NCBI GenBank assembly: GCA_964016885.1
Contig: OZ024753.1
Span: forward strand, 12,896,001-12,960,000
Origin: Eledone cirrhosa
Taxonomy: Eukaryota
Direction: 5' to 3'
DNA length: 64,000 nt
The notes below the pieces were generated by a model, which was not told where the DNA came from, did no database searches, and saw only the letters and a list, made by a program, of their open reading frames with translations. The stretch's first letter is position 1; each line of letters begins with the position of its first letter. Shown one piece after another: positions 43,801 to 56,850 of the stretch. Made by a program: the position numbers and the translations under genes.

Positions 43801-43987
43801 CAGGTAAAATTCCGTTATAACGAATACCATTATGACAAATTTTTCAGCATAACGAATTTTTTTTTCAATCCCCGCGGTAGTAACAAACAAACATTCTATT
43901 TGTTTCGGTCGATCTGGTTATAAAGAATTTTTCGTTACAACGAATTTTTTATACTCCCATGAATTTCTCTACAACGGAATTTCATTG
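43801..43987. mobile_element. Tigger/pogo-like MITE
   Basis: Imperfect TIRs caggtaaaattccgttata / tacaacggaatttcattg, TA on both flanks, and internal ttcgttataacgaa-type repeats. Confidence 0.7.
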
Positions 43988-44285
43988 TATATGTATGCGT
44001 GTCTGTGTGAATGTGTGTAAGAGAGAGAGAATGGGGGAGAGATAGAGGAGGAGAGAGAGAGTGCGAAAAGTAAACTGAAATACGGAAGCAAACAACAGAG
44101 TTCAATGAAGAGATATATTAGTTTCATGCTTGATATAGTAGGGAAAGAGTATTGACGTCTCGGATACTAGTCTTTCATCAGAAGATAGTAGAGGAAATAT
44201 AAGCTGAAATAGAAAGTGAGAAGAGGAAAGAAAGGAAAAAAGCATTTTGGGGAGAAAAGCACGTGTTTGTATATATATATGTGTG

Positions 44286-44316
<31 letters not shown>

Positions 44317-44878
44317 ATATATACATATATATAAGTGTGTGTGTATACATATATAAATATATGTGTTTGTGTGTGTACATATGTATATGTGTGTGTGAGT
44401 GTATGCATATATATATGTGTGTGTGTGTATATACATATATATATATAGGTGTGTGTGAGTGAGTGAGTGAATGTGTGTGCGTGTGTACTAAGTATGTCTG
44501 TGTGTGTGAGAGAGCGTGTGAATGTGTATGTGTGTATGCATGTATGTGGGTGTGCGTATGTGTGATTCCGTATGTATATATGTGTGGTTGTAAGTGTACG
44601 TATGTATATATGTCTATGTCTATGCGTGTGTGTGTGTGTACGTATGTATGACTATGTGCGTGTGTGAGTGTATGTATATGTGTACGTATATATGTCTATA
44701 TATGTATGTCAATCTATGTATGTATGTATCCCTATGTCTATGCGTGTGTGTGTGTATGTGTACGTTTGTATGTCTATGTACGTATATATGCATATATATG
44801 TACGTATGTGTATACGCATGTATGTTTACATATCTATGTCTTTGTACTTATGTATATATGTATGTATATGTACGTATA

Positions 44879-44915
<37 letters not shown>

Positions 44916-44953
44916 GTACTGCCTCTCTGTTTTGTTCCTGTTCAAATTTATCC

Positions 44954-45018
<65 letters not shown>

Positions 45019-45934
45019 CTGTCTATCTGTATATACCAGCAGATATTTGTGAGCACGCCATTGAGTGTGGGGGGGGGGGGGGGGAGTTTGTAAATGTTTT
45101 CCAATGATCAACTATTTTATTTTACACAGCAGATAAAAAGAAATCAATAACTCAGTAAAATACATGTCATTTCACCCTCTACCATCTTCAAAGATGCTTT
45201 TATGGAAAATATTATTGCGTGAGAAGTATTCTTTCTTACTATTCCTGCTCCAAACCTCGCATGTTTTACTTTTCATATCATGGCGTTGCATGTATTTTAC
45301 ATTCTTTTATACATTATATATTTTGCATTTCTTCTTTACATTATTTACATGTATTCTCACATTTTGTTTTACTTTTATTATATTTTTTTTAAACATTTTT
45401 TTACGGTTTTTATTAAACATTTTTTACGGGTTTTTTTTTTATTTTACATTTTTTACATTTGCATTTTTTCTTTTTTTTTTAATTCGTGATATTTTCTAGA
45501 AACAAATGATCATTATCTTTCGAGGGAAATTATATCAAAGTAGTTTGGTTTATATTTTACGGCGTGTTTTATTTCTGTAGCTGACTAAATGTCAGTTTGC
45601 CTTCAATATGGACAGGCATTTATTTATTCATTTGTTTGTTTAGTTAGTTAGTTAGTTAGTTCTTCATTTATTCATACCCACAGTGTTGTCGAATGATATA
45701 TGTTTTAGAAAAAGTCTTGAAGCCTCGGTTAGTCATTTTTTATCTGCTGTTATACTTGGCCTGGTATTTACATAACCTAAATCAATACGTCTTTTAGTTT
45801 AAGTTTAAACCCTATGTTTATATCTTACATTTGCACTAGTTGGGTTACAGTTGATATATATAATGCAGGAAGCATTAAATATTTTACCTACGTGTAATTA
45901 TTCATGCATAGTACTGTAACTCATGATGAAATAG

Positions 45935-46698
45935 TAGGGACGCCGTAGTTTCTTAGGCATCCGTCTTCGTACCAGGTCTGACTACAGCAGATTTCCTCCA
46001 GGGAAGGATAGGGAGAGTGAGAGAAAGGAAGTGAGAAAGAGATATTAGAGGAAGAATCGACCCCAGTATTTGACTGGTCCTTTTTATTATCGATCTCGAA
46101 TGAATGGAAGACAAAGTTGATCGTATCAAACTACAGTGATGGAGAGCAACTGAGAAAGTGATATAGAGGAAGAACCGACCCCAGTATTAATTAGACTGGT
46201 CCTTTTTATTATCGATCTCGAATGAATGGAAGACAAAGTTGATCGTATCAAACTACAGTGATGGAGAGCAACTGAGAAAGTGATATAGAGGAAGAACCGA
46301 CCCCAGTATTAATTAGACTGGTCCTTTTTATTATCGATCTCGAATGAATGGAAGACAAAGTTGATCGTATAAAACTACAGTGATGGAGAGCAACTGAGAA
46401 AGTGATATAGAGGAAGAACCGACCCCAGTATTAATTAGACTGGTCCTTTTTATTATCGATCTCGAATGAATGGAAGACAAAGTTGATCGTATAAAACTAC
46501 AGTGATGGAGAGCAACTGAGAAAGTGATATAGAGGAAGAACCGACCCCAGTATTAATTAGACTGGTCCTTTTTATCGACCTCGAAGGGAGGAACGGTAAA
46601 GTCGACTTCGGCGGGATTTGAACTCAGCGAGCAGAGAGCGGAAACGAACAGCGCAAATCATTGTATCCGGCGTTATAACGACTCTGCCAATTCGCCGT
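45935..46698 (-). mobile_element. Family-B SINE with internal 122-bp tandem amplification (about 4 copies, 46055-46575)
   Basis: Period 122 (46177, 46299, 46421, 46543); SINE head at about 46575-46698. Confidence 0.88.
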
Positions 46699-47431
46699 CT
46701 AGGAGTAATTGTGAGGAATCTCAAAAAGGTTGTAACCTCTACCTCTTAATAACAAGACGTTATACAATTTCGTCTAATAATTATAATTGGACATCATTAA
46801 AGTGTATGATGTTTGGTGCTACCATATCGACTTTTAGGCTAATTCAGTAAGCTAACAATATTTGTCAGTTATGCAAATTAATATTGCAATCACAGCAGGT
46901 AGAGACCGGAAATCTCCTGACAGCAGCTTGCAGCAGCAATATCAGGTTACAGTTTGAATATTCTAAATTCATGCATCAAGGTATATATTAGAAGGGAGAA
47001 ATATTGGAATAGTTTCTCCACTGCTGTCTTCAACTCTATCAGGGTTTTGCTGACATGGCAAAGATTGCGTTTGCGGAAAATGAGTATGAAATCTTTAACG
47101 GGGTAAAGACCCACTTCGGTCACGAATGACCAGGGAATTTGTGTCTAGAAAGTTTCCCTCCTAGGAAAAAGCCCGTATAAAGTGCTTTTGTGGAGAGCCA
47201 GTAGTCGCCCTTGCATATCACTCTCCTCTCTCTTCTCCTCACATCACCTATATCGTAGAAGAGAAACGCAAATGCTGATACAGCTTGATACCAGTGACAT
47301 GACAACATACACTATATATACACTATATACACTATATATATACACTATATACTCTATATATACACTATATACTATATATATATACACTATATACTCTATA
47401 TATACACTATATACGCTTTTCAAGGGGAGAT

Positions 47432-47477
47432 AAGCTGACAGAGCTCTGTTTCGTACTGTTGGTACTTATCAAAGCCT
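47432..47477 (-). ncRNA. Type I hammerhead ribozyme, U3-A8 variant (inverted copy)
   Basis: Exact reverse complement of 47754-47799. Confidence 0.85.
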
Positions 47478-47753
47478 AACACTCTTCCTGTTTGCTGAAA
47501 ATAGAAGTAAGTGACATAGTCACTATTTTAAAAAAATACTGTAAGGTCTTCAAAATGCTTTTAATTAAGCATACAGTGTATTGCAAAATACACTATATAT
47601 ATACATTCATATATATATCGCTATTTCAGAGCACCAATTCTAATTTTCAATTTTTGCTGGACCGGCAACCGCTCTGTATAATCAGTTCCTGATTATTACT
47701 GGAATTCTATAAGAGTCCAACATTCATAATTTTCAGCAAACAGGAGGAGTGCT

Positions 47754-47799
47754 AGGCTTTGATAAGTACCAACAGTACGAAACAGAGCTCTGTCAGCTT
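47754..47799 (+). ncRNA. Type I hammerhead ribozyme, U3-A8 variant
   Basis: AGGCU-UUGAUAA-GUAC(CAACA)GUAC-GAAA-CAGAGCUCUG-UC^AGCUU; all three stems pair; predicted cleavage after 47794. Confidence 0.85.
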
Positions 47800-47991
47800 A
47801 TCTCCCCTTGTTTGCTGAAAATAGAAGTAAGTGACATAGTCACTACTTTAAAACAGTAGCTCAAGGTCTTCAAAATGCTTTTAATTAGGCATACAGTGTA
47901 TTGCAAAATACACTATATATACATTCATATATATATATCGCTATTTCAGGGCACCAATTCTAATATACATATATATATATATATATATATA

Positions 47992-48038
<47 letters not shown>

Positions 48039-48192
48039 GGTTAGTTGGTTCACCACTGGATAGAACGGGTCATTCCGTATGGTCAATCTTGATGTAATAT
48101 TATGAACAGTACTCAACGTAATGCAAATCACCCGTCTTCGTTTGTGTAGTTGGTAGTGCGAGTACCGAGTTAATTATTATAATAAATTTCGA

Positions 48193-48250
48193 ATACTTGA
48201 TGATGTCACCGGATTCATACTGAACCCGGTCATTGAAATGATCATAGTAT
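48193..48250 (+). ncRNA. Type I hammerhead motif (UUGAUGA core)
   Basis: AUAC-UUGAUGA-[..ACCGG..CCGGU..]-GAAA-UGAUCAU-A^GUAU; palindromic stem III. Confidence 0.65.
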
Positions 48251-48290
48251 AATAAACCTTTCAAGGATTTACACCAGTCCACCCTCCTGT

Positions 48291-48354
<64 letters not shown>

Positions 48355-48364
<10 letters not shown>

Positions 48365-48544
48365 AGAACAAAAGATGGTTAAAGGAGTTCCATGTATTTT
48401 ATTATGCGCATTTCAAAAACAAACATCATCATGCAATAATATTTGTGTTTTCATCAATATTATTGCATGATGATGTTTGTTTTTGAAATGCGCATAATAA
48501 AATACATGGAACTCCTTTAACCATCTTTTGTTCTTATATATTAT
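48355..48544. repeat. Near-perfect ~89-bp-arm palindrome built from a 5'-truncated hammerhead
   Basis: Loop at 48444-48455. The minus strand reads UGAUGA-stem II-GAAA-UGCGCAU-A^AUAAAAUAC. Confidence 0.85.
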
Positions 48545-49804
48545 GTATACTCCAGTCCTACAAACTGTAGAGTGCTTCTTATGCGATATCTGCATTGCTT
48601 TATTGTACTACAATAAAACTCACCTCCTACATATATATATATATATATATACACACACATATATATATATATATATGACGATGATGAATTTGTTTTGCAA
48701 GGTCTTTGATATGAAATCGTGTGTTGAGACATATTGTTATATTTGGGGAAGTTTATATTGTTATAATATTGCCAGCAATAATAATAAAACACGCTCATTG
48801 TTTGGTTTGGGTTGGATTTCGCTTCTGTATCTTTTATATCTCCATAGTTAATTTATCTGGCAATCAATGTTTATCGTTGATTGACCAACGGTTAAACATA
48901 TATATATATATATATAGTCTATCAAAGTTCTTTCATCACACACCTGTGACATCATCAGCGGTACTATTATGTTTCCTCCCGTTTGATTGTAATGTCTACG
49001 CCATTTTTATTTTTAAAAGTAATGTCACATGTATGTGATGAAAGAACTTTGATAGACTATATATGTTTATATCTGTATTTTTTACCGTTGGTCAATCAGT
49101 GAGAAACAGTGATGCTAGGGCAGTGAATATTGCATGCATTAATTTCAACTCTTCTTATTGATAACATCATTGTTTGAAATAATAACTTCATATGATCATT
49201 CCATGAGAGTATCTTGGTCAGCCTATCAACATTTCAGGTGACGCTTCTATAACAACAGCTTAACCAACGAAAATAAGTCAATTTTTGTATATTTTGTTGA
49301 ATATTAATCATAGTATTTCTAGCGAATACTCACGTTTAGAGTGCTGGAGAGCAAAATATTGTAAACAATGATTTAAAGGGCGAGGGTGAGGCTGGACACA
49401 TAATCTGTTTTTTAAAGAAATAGATATGTCTGTGGGCGTACATATATGTCTGAGAGTATGACTGAGATTATGGAATATATATAATTATGATACACAAACA
49501 CTAACTATTTATGATTAAATATAGTAACAAGAAAACACAGTATAGATAATATATAGTTATATACGCCTGTCTATTTACTACGTCGACTCTGGCACTGATG
49601 CTCTTCCATACTTATAATTTATAGTGATTAAATATAAAAAATGTATCACTGTATAAGAATTTTATACAATATTTAATTTGAGGAGAGAAAGTTTCTATTC
49701 CCCGTCAGCCAAAAATATACACGATAAACAATAACTTTGAAATATTCCAGTCATATTCTATTTTATGAGGTTATTTTAACTTTGGTTAATTTCAACGATA
49801 ACTT

Positions 49805-50310
49805 CCCTGTCGCCACAGTGCCGGCCGCCTTCCACACCATGCTGCCCTCAACGAGGTCATTAAGCATGGCTTGGATACTGCAGGCTCCCCCCCCCCCCCA
49901 GCTCGAGCCGGTGGGGCTGGACCTAGGGGATGGCAAAAGGCCAGACGGTATGACCATCTTACCGTTCCGCGGTGGCAAACCCCTTCTGGGATGCCACTTG
50001 CAGCGATACTTTCTCCAGCCGCAATCTGGTGTAGTCTCCGTCTAACCCAGGTACTGCTGCACGTCGGGCTGAGGAGGCCAAACTCTCCAAGTACCGATCG
50101 CTCTCCGACTGGTTCGCGGTCATGCCCTTGGCAGTGAGACTACTGGTGTCCTGGGCTACCTCCCTATTCACCACCATAGGCGCTGAGCTGGCCAGCCGCA
50201 GGTCTGAGCCAGCCTCGCGAGTTGGAATGGCTCTTCCAGCGCATCTCCCTTACCATCCTCCGGGAAAACACCTTCTCCATCCTGTCCGCCGGGGCTGTGG
50301 GGAGGCTAGC
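49805..50310 (+). pseudogene. CRE-like non-LTR retrotransposon restriction-like endonuclease fragment
   Basis: Across frames: HHAALNEVIK, LEPVGLD.GDGKRPDGMT..PF.GGKPL, WDATC.DTF, AEEAKLSKY, PLAVET and WLFQRISL. Confidence 0.85.
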
Positions 50311-50548
50311 TCACTATACGAATTTGATCTGAGGATACCGTTCTCATAACAGCAACAAATGCATGAATTACATCTTGATTGCATGGGAGAACCGTTGAAA
50401 TAATTATAATGAATAAACGATTTATGAGCATCTTTATTAATGTTATTATTATACTGAATCTCCATCGTAACTACAAACTACAAATGTTGAGAGCTTTCTC
50501 CTGCTTGCTCCTGCATTTATCAAAACAATCTCTTCGGAAAATAGATAG

Positions 50549-50635
<87 letters not shown>

Positions 50636-51190
50636 ACTTTGATAGGTTTCGGACAATATTGGACCAGGCCATGTCTAACTTAATAACATTCTCAGTATTT
50701 ATATATATATACACGATAAAACATTGAAACAACAATGGATGCTGTTGTTATAAGCAGATTTTGGTATATTTCGCCGAATCGTTCCATCCGCAAACAACCA
50801 AAAATAAAAAAATAAAAACAGAGAAAACTAAAGGAAATAACTAGAATGAATTAAATACATGTTAGTATGGCAGAGAAGATTTCTAAATCATTTCTCTGGA
50901 AGCTTACATTTAATTTAACGGTTATCTGCTATAACAAACAACAACAACAACAGGATATAAAGAGTAACGATCTCATTTCATTAAGCATATAATCAATCAA
51001 TTGTGGTAGGAATGCTGGTAGCTTGGTTATGGTCGAGTGAACATTGAACAGCAGATCCATATAGATCAATCTTGATAACCATTCCCTCTTCGGTTGCGGA
51101 TACGAATGAAAGCAGGCGATAAATTCACTCAGGTTCAAAACGTTATTACTAACCAAGACCATTGGTTTTGCACCATTCACTGTTAGCATT

Positions 51191-51277
<87 letters not shown>

Positions 51278-51281
51278 AAAG

Positions 51282-51324
<43 letters not shown>

Positions 51325-51721
51325 AAAGTTATATATATGTAAATATATGAGTGATTAGATTACTAAATTGAAATTCTATTACGGAACCGTACTTGGCCAT
51401 TTGATGATATTGTTTCAAGAGATATTACTAAATCATACTTGAGTAACAAGATTGAAACACAGCCGGAATTGATTCCATGTCCAATATATTGTTTCACTTG
51501 CTTTGATGTATTGCTAGAGGTAAATATTAGTTTACTAACGATGTTCTTCATTTCACAGAACAATTTAGAAACCTCTAAACCGATATTCACCACAAATACC
51601 ACTTCTAATGATTCCATATATAGTTACCTAACATACAATACAGAAAGACAACGGCCACTAAATCCGCACAGGGATACATATATGGTTATATAAATGCTGC
51701 GTCTTCCTTTTTTTTCCCATA

Positions 51722-53725
51722 AATCGCTGGGGCTTGGTCTTTACATACCATCGCTGGGGCCAGGGATTTCATACCATCGCTGGGGTCCCGTGTTTACATA
51801 CCATTGCTGGGGTCCCGTGTTTACATACCATCGCTGGGGTCCAGGGATTTCATACCATCGCTGGGGTCCCGTGTTTACATACCATCGCTGGGGTCCAGGG
51901 ATTTCATACCATCGCTGGGGTCCCGTGTTTACATACCATCGCTGGGATCCAGGGATTTCATACCATCACTGGGGTCCCGTGTTTACATACCATCGCTGGG
52001 GTCCAGGGATTTCATACCATCACTGGGGTCCAGAGATTTCATACCATCGCTGGGGTACCGTGTTTACATACCATCGCTGGGGTCCCGTGTTTACATACCA
52101 TCGCTGGGATCCAGGGATTTCATACCATCGCTGGGGTCCCGTGTTTACATACCATCGCTGGGATCCAGGGATTTCATACCATCGCTGGGGTCCCGTGTTT
52201 ACATACCATCGCTGGGATCCAGGGATTTCATACCATCGCTGGGGTCCCGTGTTTACATACCATCGCTGGGGTCCAGGGATTTCATACCATCGCTGGGGTC
52301 CCGTGTTTACATACCATCGCTGGGATCCAGGGATTTCATACCATCGCTGGGGTCCCGTGTTTACATACCATCGCTGGGGTCCAGGGATTTCATACCATCA
52401 CTGGGGTCCAGAGATTTCATACCATCGCTGGGATCCAGGGATTTCATACCATCGCTGGGGTACCGTGTTTACATACCATCGCTGGGGGATAGGGATTTCA
52501 TACCATCACTGGGGTCCAGAGATTTCATACCATCGCTGGGGTACCGTGTTTACATAACATCGCTGGGATCCAGGGATTTCATACCATCGCTGGGGTACCG
52601 TGTTTACATACCATCGCTGGGGCCAGGGATTTCATACCATCACTGGGTTCCAGGGATTTCATACCATCGCTGGGGTACCGTGTTTACATACCATCGCTGG
52701 GGGATAGGGATTTCATACCATCACTGGGGTCCCGTGTTTACATACCATCGCTGGGATCCAGGGATTTCGTACCATCACTGGGTTCCAGGGATTTCATACC
52801 ATCGCTGGAGTCTAGGGATTTCATACCATCGCTGGGGTCCCGTGTTTACATACCATCACTGGGGTCCAGGGATTTCATACCATCACTGGGGTCCAGGGAT
52901 TTCATACCATCGCTGGGGTCCCGTGTTTACATAACATCACTGGGTTCCAGGGATTTCATACCATCGCTGGGGTACCGTGTTTACATACCATCACTGGGGT
53001 CCCGTGTTTACATACCATCACTGGGTTCCAGGGATTTCATACCATCGCTGGGGTCCCGTGTTTACATACCATCGCTGGGTTCCAGGGATTTCATACCATC
53101 GCTGGGGTACCGTGTTTACATACCATCGCTGGGGGATAGGGATTTCATACCATCACTGGGGTCCCGTGTTTACATACCATCACTGGGATCCAGGGATTTC
53201 GTACCATCACTGGGTTCCAGGGATTTCATACCATCACTGGGTTCCAGGGATTTCATACCATCGCTGGAGTCTAGGGATTTCATACCATCGCTGGGGTCCC
53301 GTGTTTACATACCATCACTGGGTTCCAGGGATTTCATACCATCACTGGGTTCCAGGGATTTCATACCATCGCTGGAGTCTAGGGATTTCATACCATCGCT
53401 GGGGTCCCGTGTTTACATACCATCACTGGGTTCCAGGGATTTCATACCATCACTGGGTTCCAGGGATTTCATACCATCGCTGGAGTCTAGGGATTTCATA
53501 CCATCGCTGGGGTCCCGTGTTTACATACCATCACTGGGTTCCAGGGATTTCATACCATCACTGGGTTCCAGGGATTTCATACCATCGCTGGGGTACCGTG
53601 TTTACATACCATCGCTGGGGTCCCGTGTTTACATACCATCGCTGGGGTCCAGGGATTTCATACCATCGCTGGGGTCCCGTGTTTACATACCATCGCTGGA
53701 GTCTAGGGATTTCATACTACTGGGG
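51722..53725. repeat. 27-bp tandem repeat, about 74 copies, with two main variants
   Basis: Constant part cataccatcgctggg; variable part gtcccgtgttta or gtccagggattt. Confidence 0.97.
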
Positions 53726-53955
53726 TCGATTCTTCCTCTGAAGTCAACTTTGCCTTTCATCCTTTAGAGGTCGATAAAAAAAATGTACCAGTCTACTACT
53801 GGTGTCGATTCTTCCTCTATATTTCTTCCTCACTTTCTCTCTTTCCTTCTCTGGAGGAATTCTGGGGAGGGATGGGCTTGTAATGCCTAAGTAAGCCGTA
53901 TCCCATTATGTTTCCCCCACGCCTCCATCAGGAGTAACGGCACCATACCATACTA

Positions 53956-55232
53956 CAGCAATCCCCCGCTACATCGCGGATTTTTCTTTGTAACGTATCT
54001 AATTTCCTATCGCGGTAATCCCCGCTACATCGCGGATTTTTCTTTGTAACGTATCTAATTTCCTATCGCGGTAATCCCCGCTACATCGCGGATTTTTCTT
54101 TGTAACGTATCTAATTTCCTATCGCGGTAATCCCCGCTACATCGCGGATTTTTCTTTGTAACGTATCTAATTTCCTATCGCGGTAATCCCCGCTACATCG
54201 CGGATTTTTCTTTGTAACGTATCTAATTTCCTATCGCGGTAATCCTCGCTATATCGCGGATTTTTCTTTGTAACGTATCTAATTTCCTATCGCGGTAATC
54301 CCCGCTACATCGCGGATTTTTCTTTGTAACGTATCTAATTTCCTATCGCGGTAATCCCCGCTACATCGCGGATTTTTCTTTGTAACGTATCTAATTTCCT
54401 ATCGCGGTAATCCCCGCTACATCGCGGATTTTTCTTTGTAACGTATCTAATTTCCTATCGCGGTAATCCCCGCTACATCGCGGATTTTTCTTTGTAACGT
54501 ATCTAATTTCCTATCGCGGTAATCCTCGCTACATCGCGGATTTTTCTTTGTAACGTATCTAATTTCCTATCGCGGTAATCCCCGCTACATCGCGGATTTT
54601 TCTTTGTAACGTATCTAATTTCCTATCGCGGTAATCCTCGCTACATCGCGGATTTTTCTTTGTAACGTATCTAATTTCCTATCGCGGTCATCCTCGCTAT
54701 ATCGCGGATTTTTCGTAAGAACATATCTATTTACTTATCGGGGTACGTACGTCTGAATAAAAAGTGTTTAAAATTTAAACATATTAAGTAAGCTTCGATG
54801 TGATTGAAGTGTATATCGTAAGGAAGGGACATATTAAGCTTTAACTATAAAAAAAGTTTTTATTTTTCATTCCATTACTGTTTTACTGATTGTTTTTCTC
54901 TAATTCTCTACAAAGCCTTCATAGATTGACGGGAGATGTGCAGTGTATTACCAGGTGGCTACCGTGGCTGGCAATGCTCGTCATTAGTAATTAGTGGTAC
55001 GATCGTTGATGGTAGTTTCTATACGATCGTTACTGGCTGTGTTTTTTTTGTGTGTGTTTAAATATAAAAGTGTGTTTTAATGAGTTTATATGTACTTAAA
55101 GCATGTAGGAGAAGTAATTTAAGGCTTAAACTATGAAAATAACGGTTGTCTTTGTGGTCTCTCTATATCACGGATTTCATTTATCGTGGTTGGTTCTGGA
55201 ACGTATCCTCCACGATAAACGGGGGATTAGTG
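53956..55232. mobile_element. Tigger/pogo-like non-autonomous DNA transposon with 56-bp tandem array (about 13.5 copies, 53960-54713)
   Basis: TA-cagcaatcccccgctacatcgcgg ... ccacgataaacgggggattagtg-TA; array period 56. Confidence 0.8.
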
Positions 55233-55384
55233 TATTGCTATTTCCATAGACCCTTCTATTACGAACTTCAATAAACATTCTTCACCAAGATACAGGAAAT
55301 GTTATGTTTAATATCGTAACTAGAAATATTTAAAGGAATACAGGTTGTGAGGCACTATTTAAAGAACAAAATCACATAACTGCT

Positions 55385-55560
55385 TCTAATTTTTTGGCAC
55401 AAGGCCAGAAATTACCCCAGTGCATTACTGGTTCTTTATTTCATCGACCGCGTAAGGATGAAAGGCAAAGTTAACCTCGGCGCGATTTGAACTCAGAACG
55501 TAAAGGGCCATAACTATGCTGCAAAACATGGTGTCTGATGCTCTACCGATACTGCCAAAT
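55385..55560 (-). mobile_element. tRNA-derived SINE, family A
   Basis: Head, core and tail. Confidence 0.88.
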
Positions 55561-56024
55561 CTCATAATAATGCTTTTGCGGTCTTCGCCGCGGGGCATGG
55601 CTCCATTACCTCCGTGCCCTAGACCCAGAGCCCAACCCCCTTTCATTCTTCTGTGACACTAGAACCCTTGCCTTTCCCTTGCTTTTCCGTTTTATTTTTT
55701 TTTTTATATATATTTTCTTATTTTACATTCTACACATATTTTGTAATAAAATATTGCAAAAAGCAATGTATTTTATATATTGCCAGCGACGTATTGATGG
55801 AATGAGCCGTATCAAGGGAAAGCACTCCTGAAAATTAAATCGATAGTGCTGAGTGTAAGAGAGATTACTCTTCTCAATATTTACCAAAGTTTTGCCATTT
55901 TTAAGAACGTAGAACGTCTAATAATTTTTTTAATGAACTCATTATACGGGATAAACAATAAACTGCAGATACTAATTTCTCATTGCATCTAATCCATTTA
56001 GTATTGCATCTATTGCACTTCGTG

Positions 56025-56297
56025 GAAGCACGTGGCCTAGTGGTATGGGTGTTGGACTTACGATCATAATGTCGTGGGTTCGATACCTGGGTTGTGTGGT
56101 GTGGTCTTGAACAAAACACTTCATTTCATGCTGCTCCGGTATACTCAGCTGAAAATGAGTACCAGCAATAGCTGGGGGGGGGGGGGATTAACACTGCGAT
56201 TGACTGGCGTCCTGTCCAGGGGGGACTATTGTACTCTCAGTCGCTTCACTCCATGAAACCGGGATAAACACCGGCCAAATGACTTTAGACTTTAGAC
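56025..56297 (+). mobile_element. tRNA-derived SINE, family C
   Basis: TGGCCTAGTGG A-box, GGTTCGATACC B-box and gacttta tail. Confidence 0.87.
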
Positions 56298-56375
56298 TAT
56301 TTCACTTCACCTATGCTGCCAATAGTGTTTAAAATATATTGCAATAACCATATCTTCATACACGTTTGTAAATAG

Positions 56376-56850
56376 TTCTTCTTCTTCTTCTTCTTCTTCT
56401 TCTTCTTCTTTTTCTTTTTCGCCCACTTATTTTTGAGAGGGTTGTGGGAGCAGAGTCCGCAAACACTCCTTCCAGCGAGTCCTGTCAGAAGCAACCGTCT
56501 CCAACTGATCCGGCTGGATCCCCAAGCGTGACCAGCAAAGCTCATGGAGGTTATCCAACCATCTTGCTCGGGGTCTACCCCTGGGTCTCCCGCTGGTTGG
56601 TTTTTGCCGGTAAAATCTGTCCAGCGATTCTTCCCTGAGACATTCTGACCACATGCCCATACTTTGGAGCTTTGGTCTCTCAATTCGGAGAAGTAGCGGC
56701 TCTATCTGGAGTGAATCTCTGATCTCCGAGCTACGCAGTTTATCGAGTAACGTTACTCGAAATACCCTTTGGAGCAACCCTATTTCGACCGCTTGTATTC
56801 GCGATCGTATTATTTCCGTCATTACCCAAGATTCATGACAATAAGTAAGG
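56376..56850 (-). pseudogene. RTE LINE 3' fragment with (GAA)n tail
   Basis: ESWV.TE..RSRIQAVEI..L.RV..VTLLDK.RSSEIR..L.IEPLLLRIER ... RPRGRPRARWLD. Confidence 0.88.

Noticed and set aside
46900-47140. Possible mariner-type transposase C-terminal remnant on the minus strand (KTLIELKTAV)
   Set aside because: Too degraded, with no catalytic motif or TIR recognisable with confidence.
51555-51650. Possible minus-strand terminal exon (acceptor tgtatgttAG, then VTIYGIIRSGICGEYRFRGF*)
   Set aside because: Only 20 codons, no recognisable homology and no supporting partner exons; needs RNA-seq.
51722-53725. CRISPR-like appearance (constant repeat plus variable spacer)
   Set aside because: The 'spacers' are 12 bp and recur as a few variants; the context is eukaryotic and there are no cas genes.
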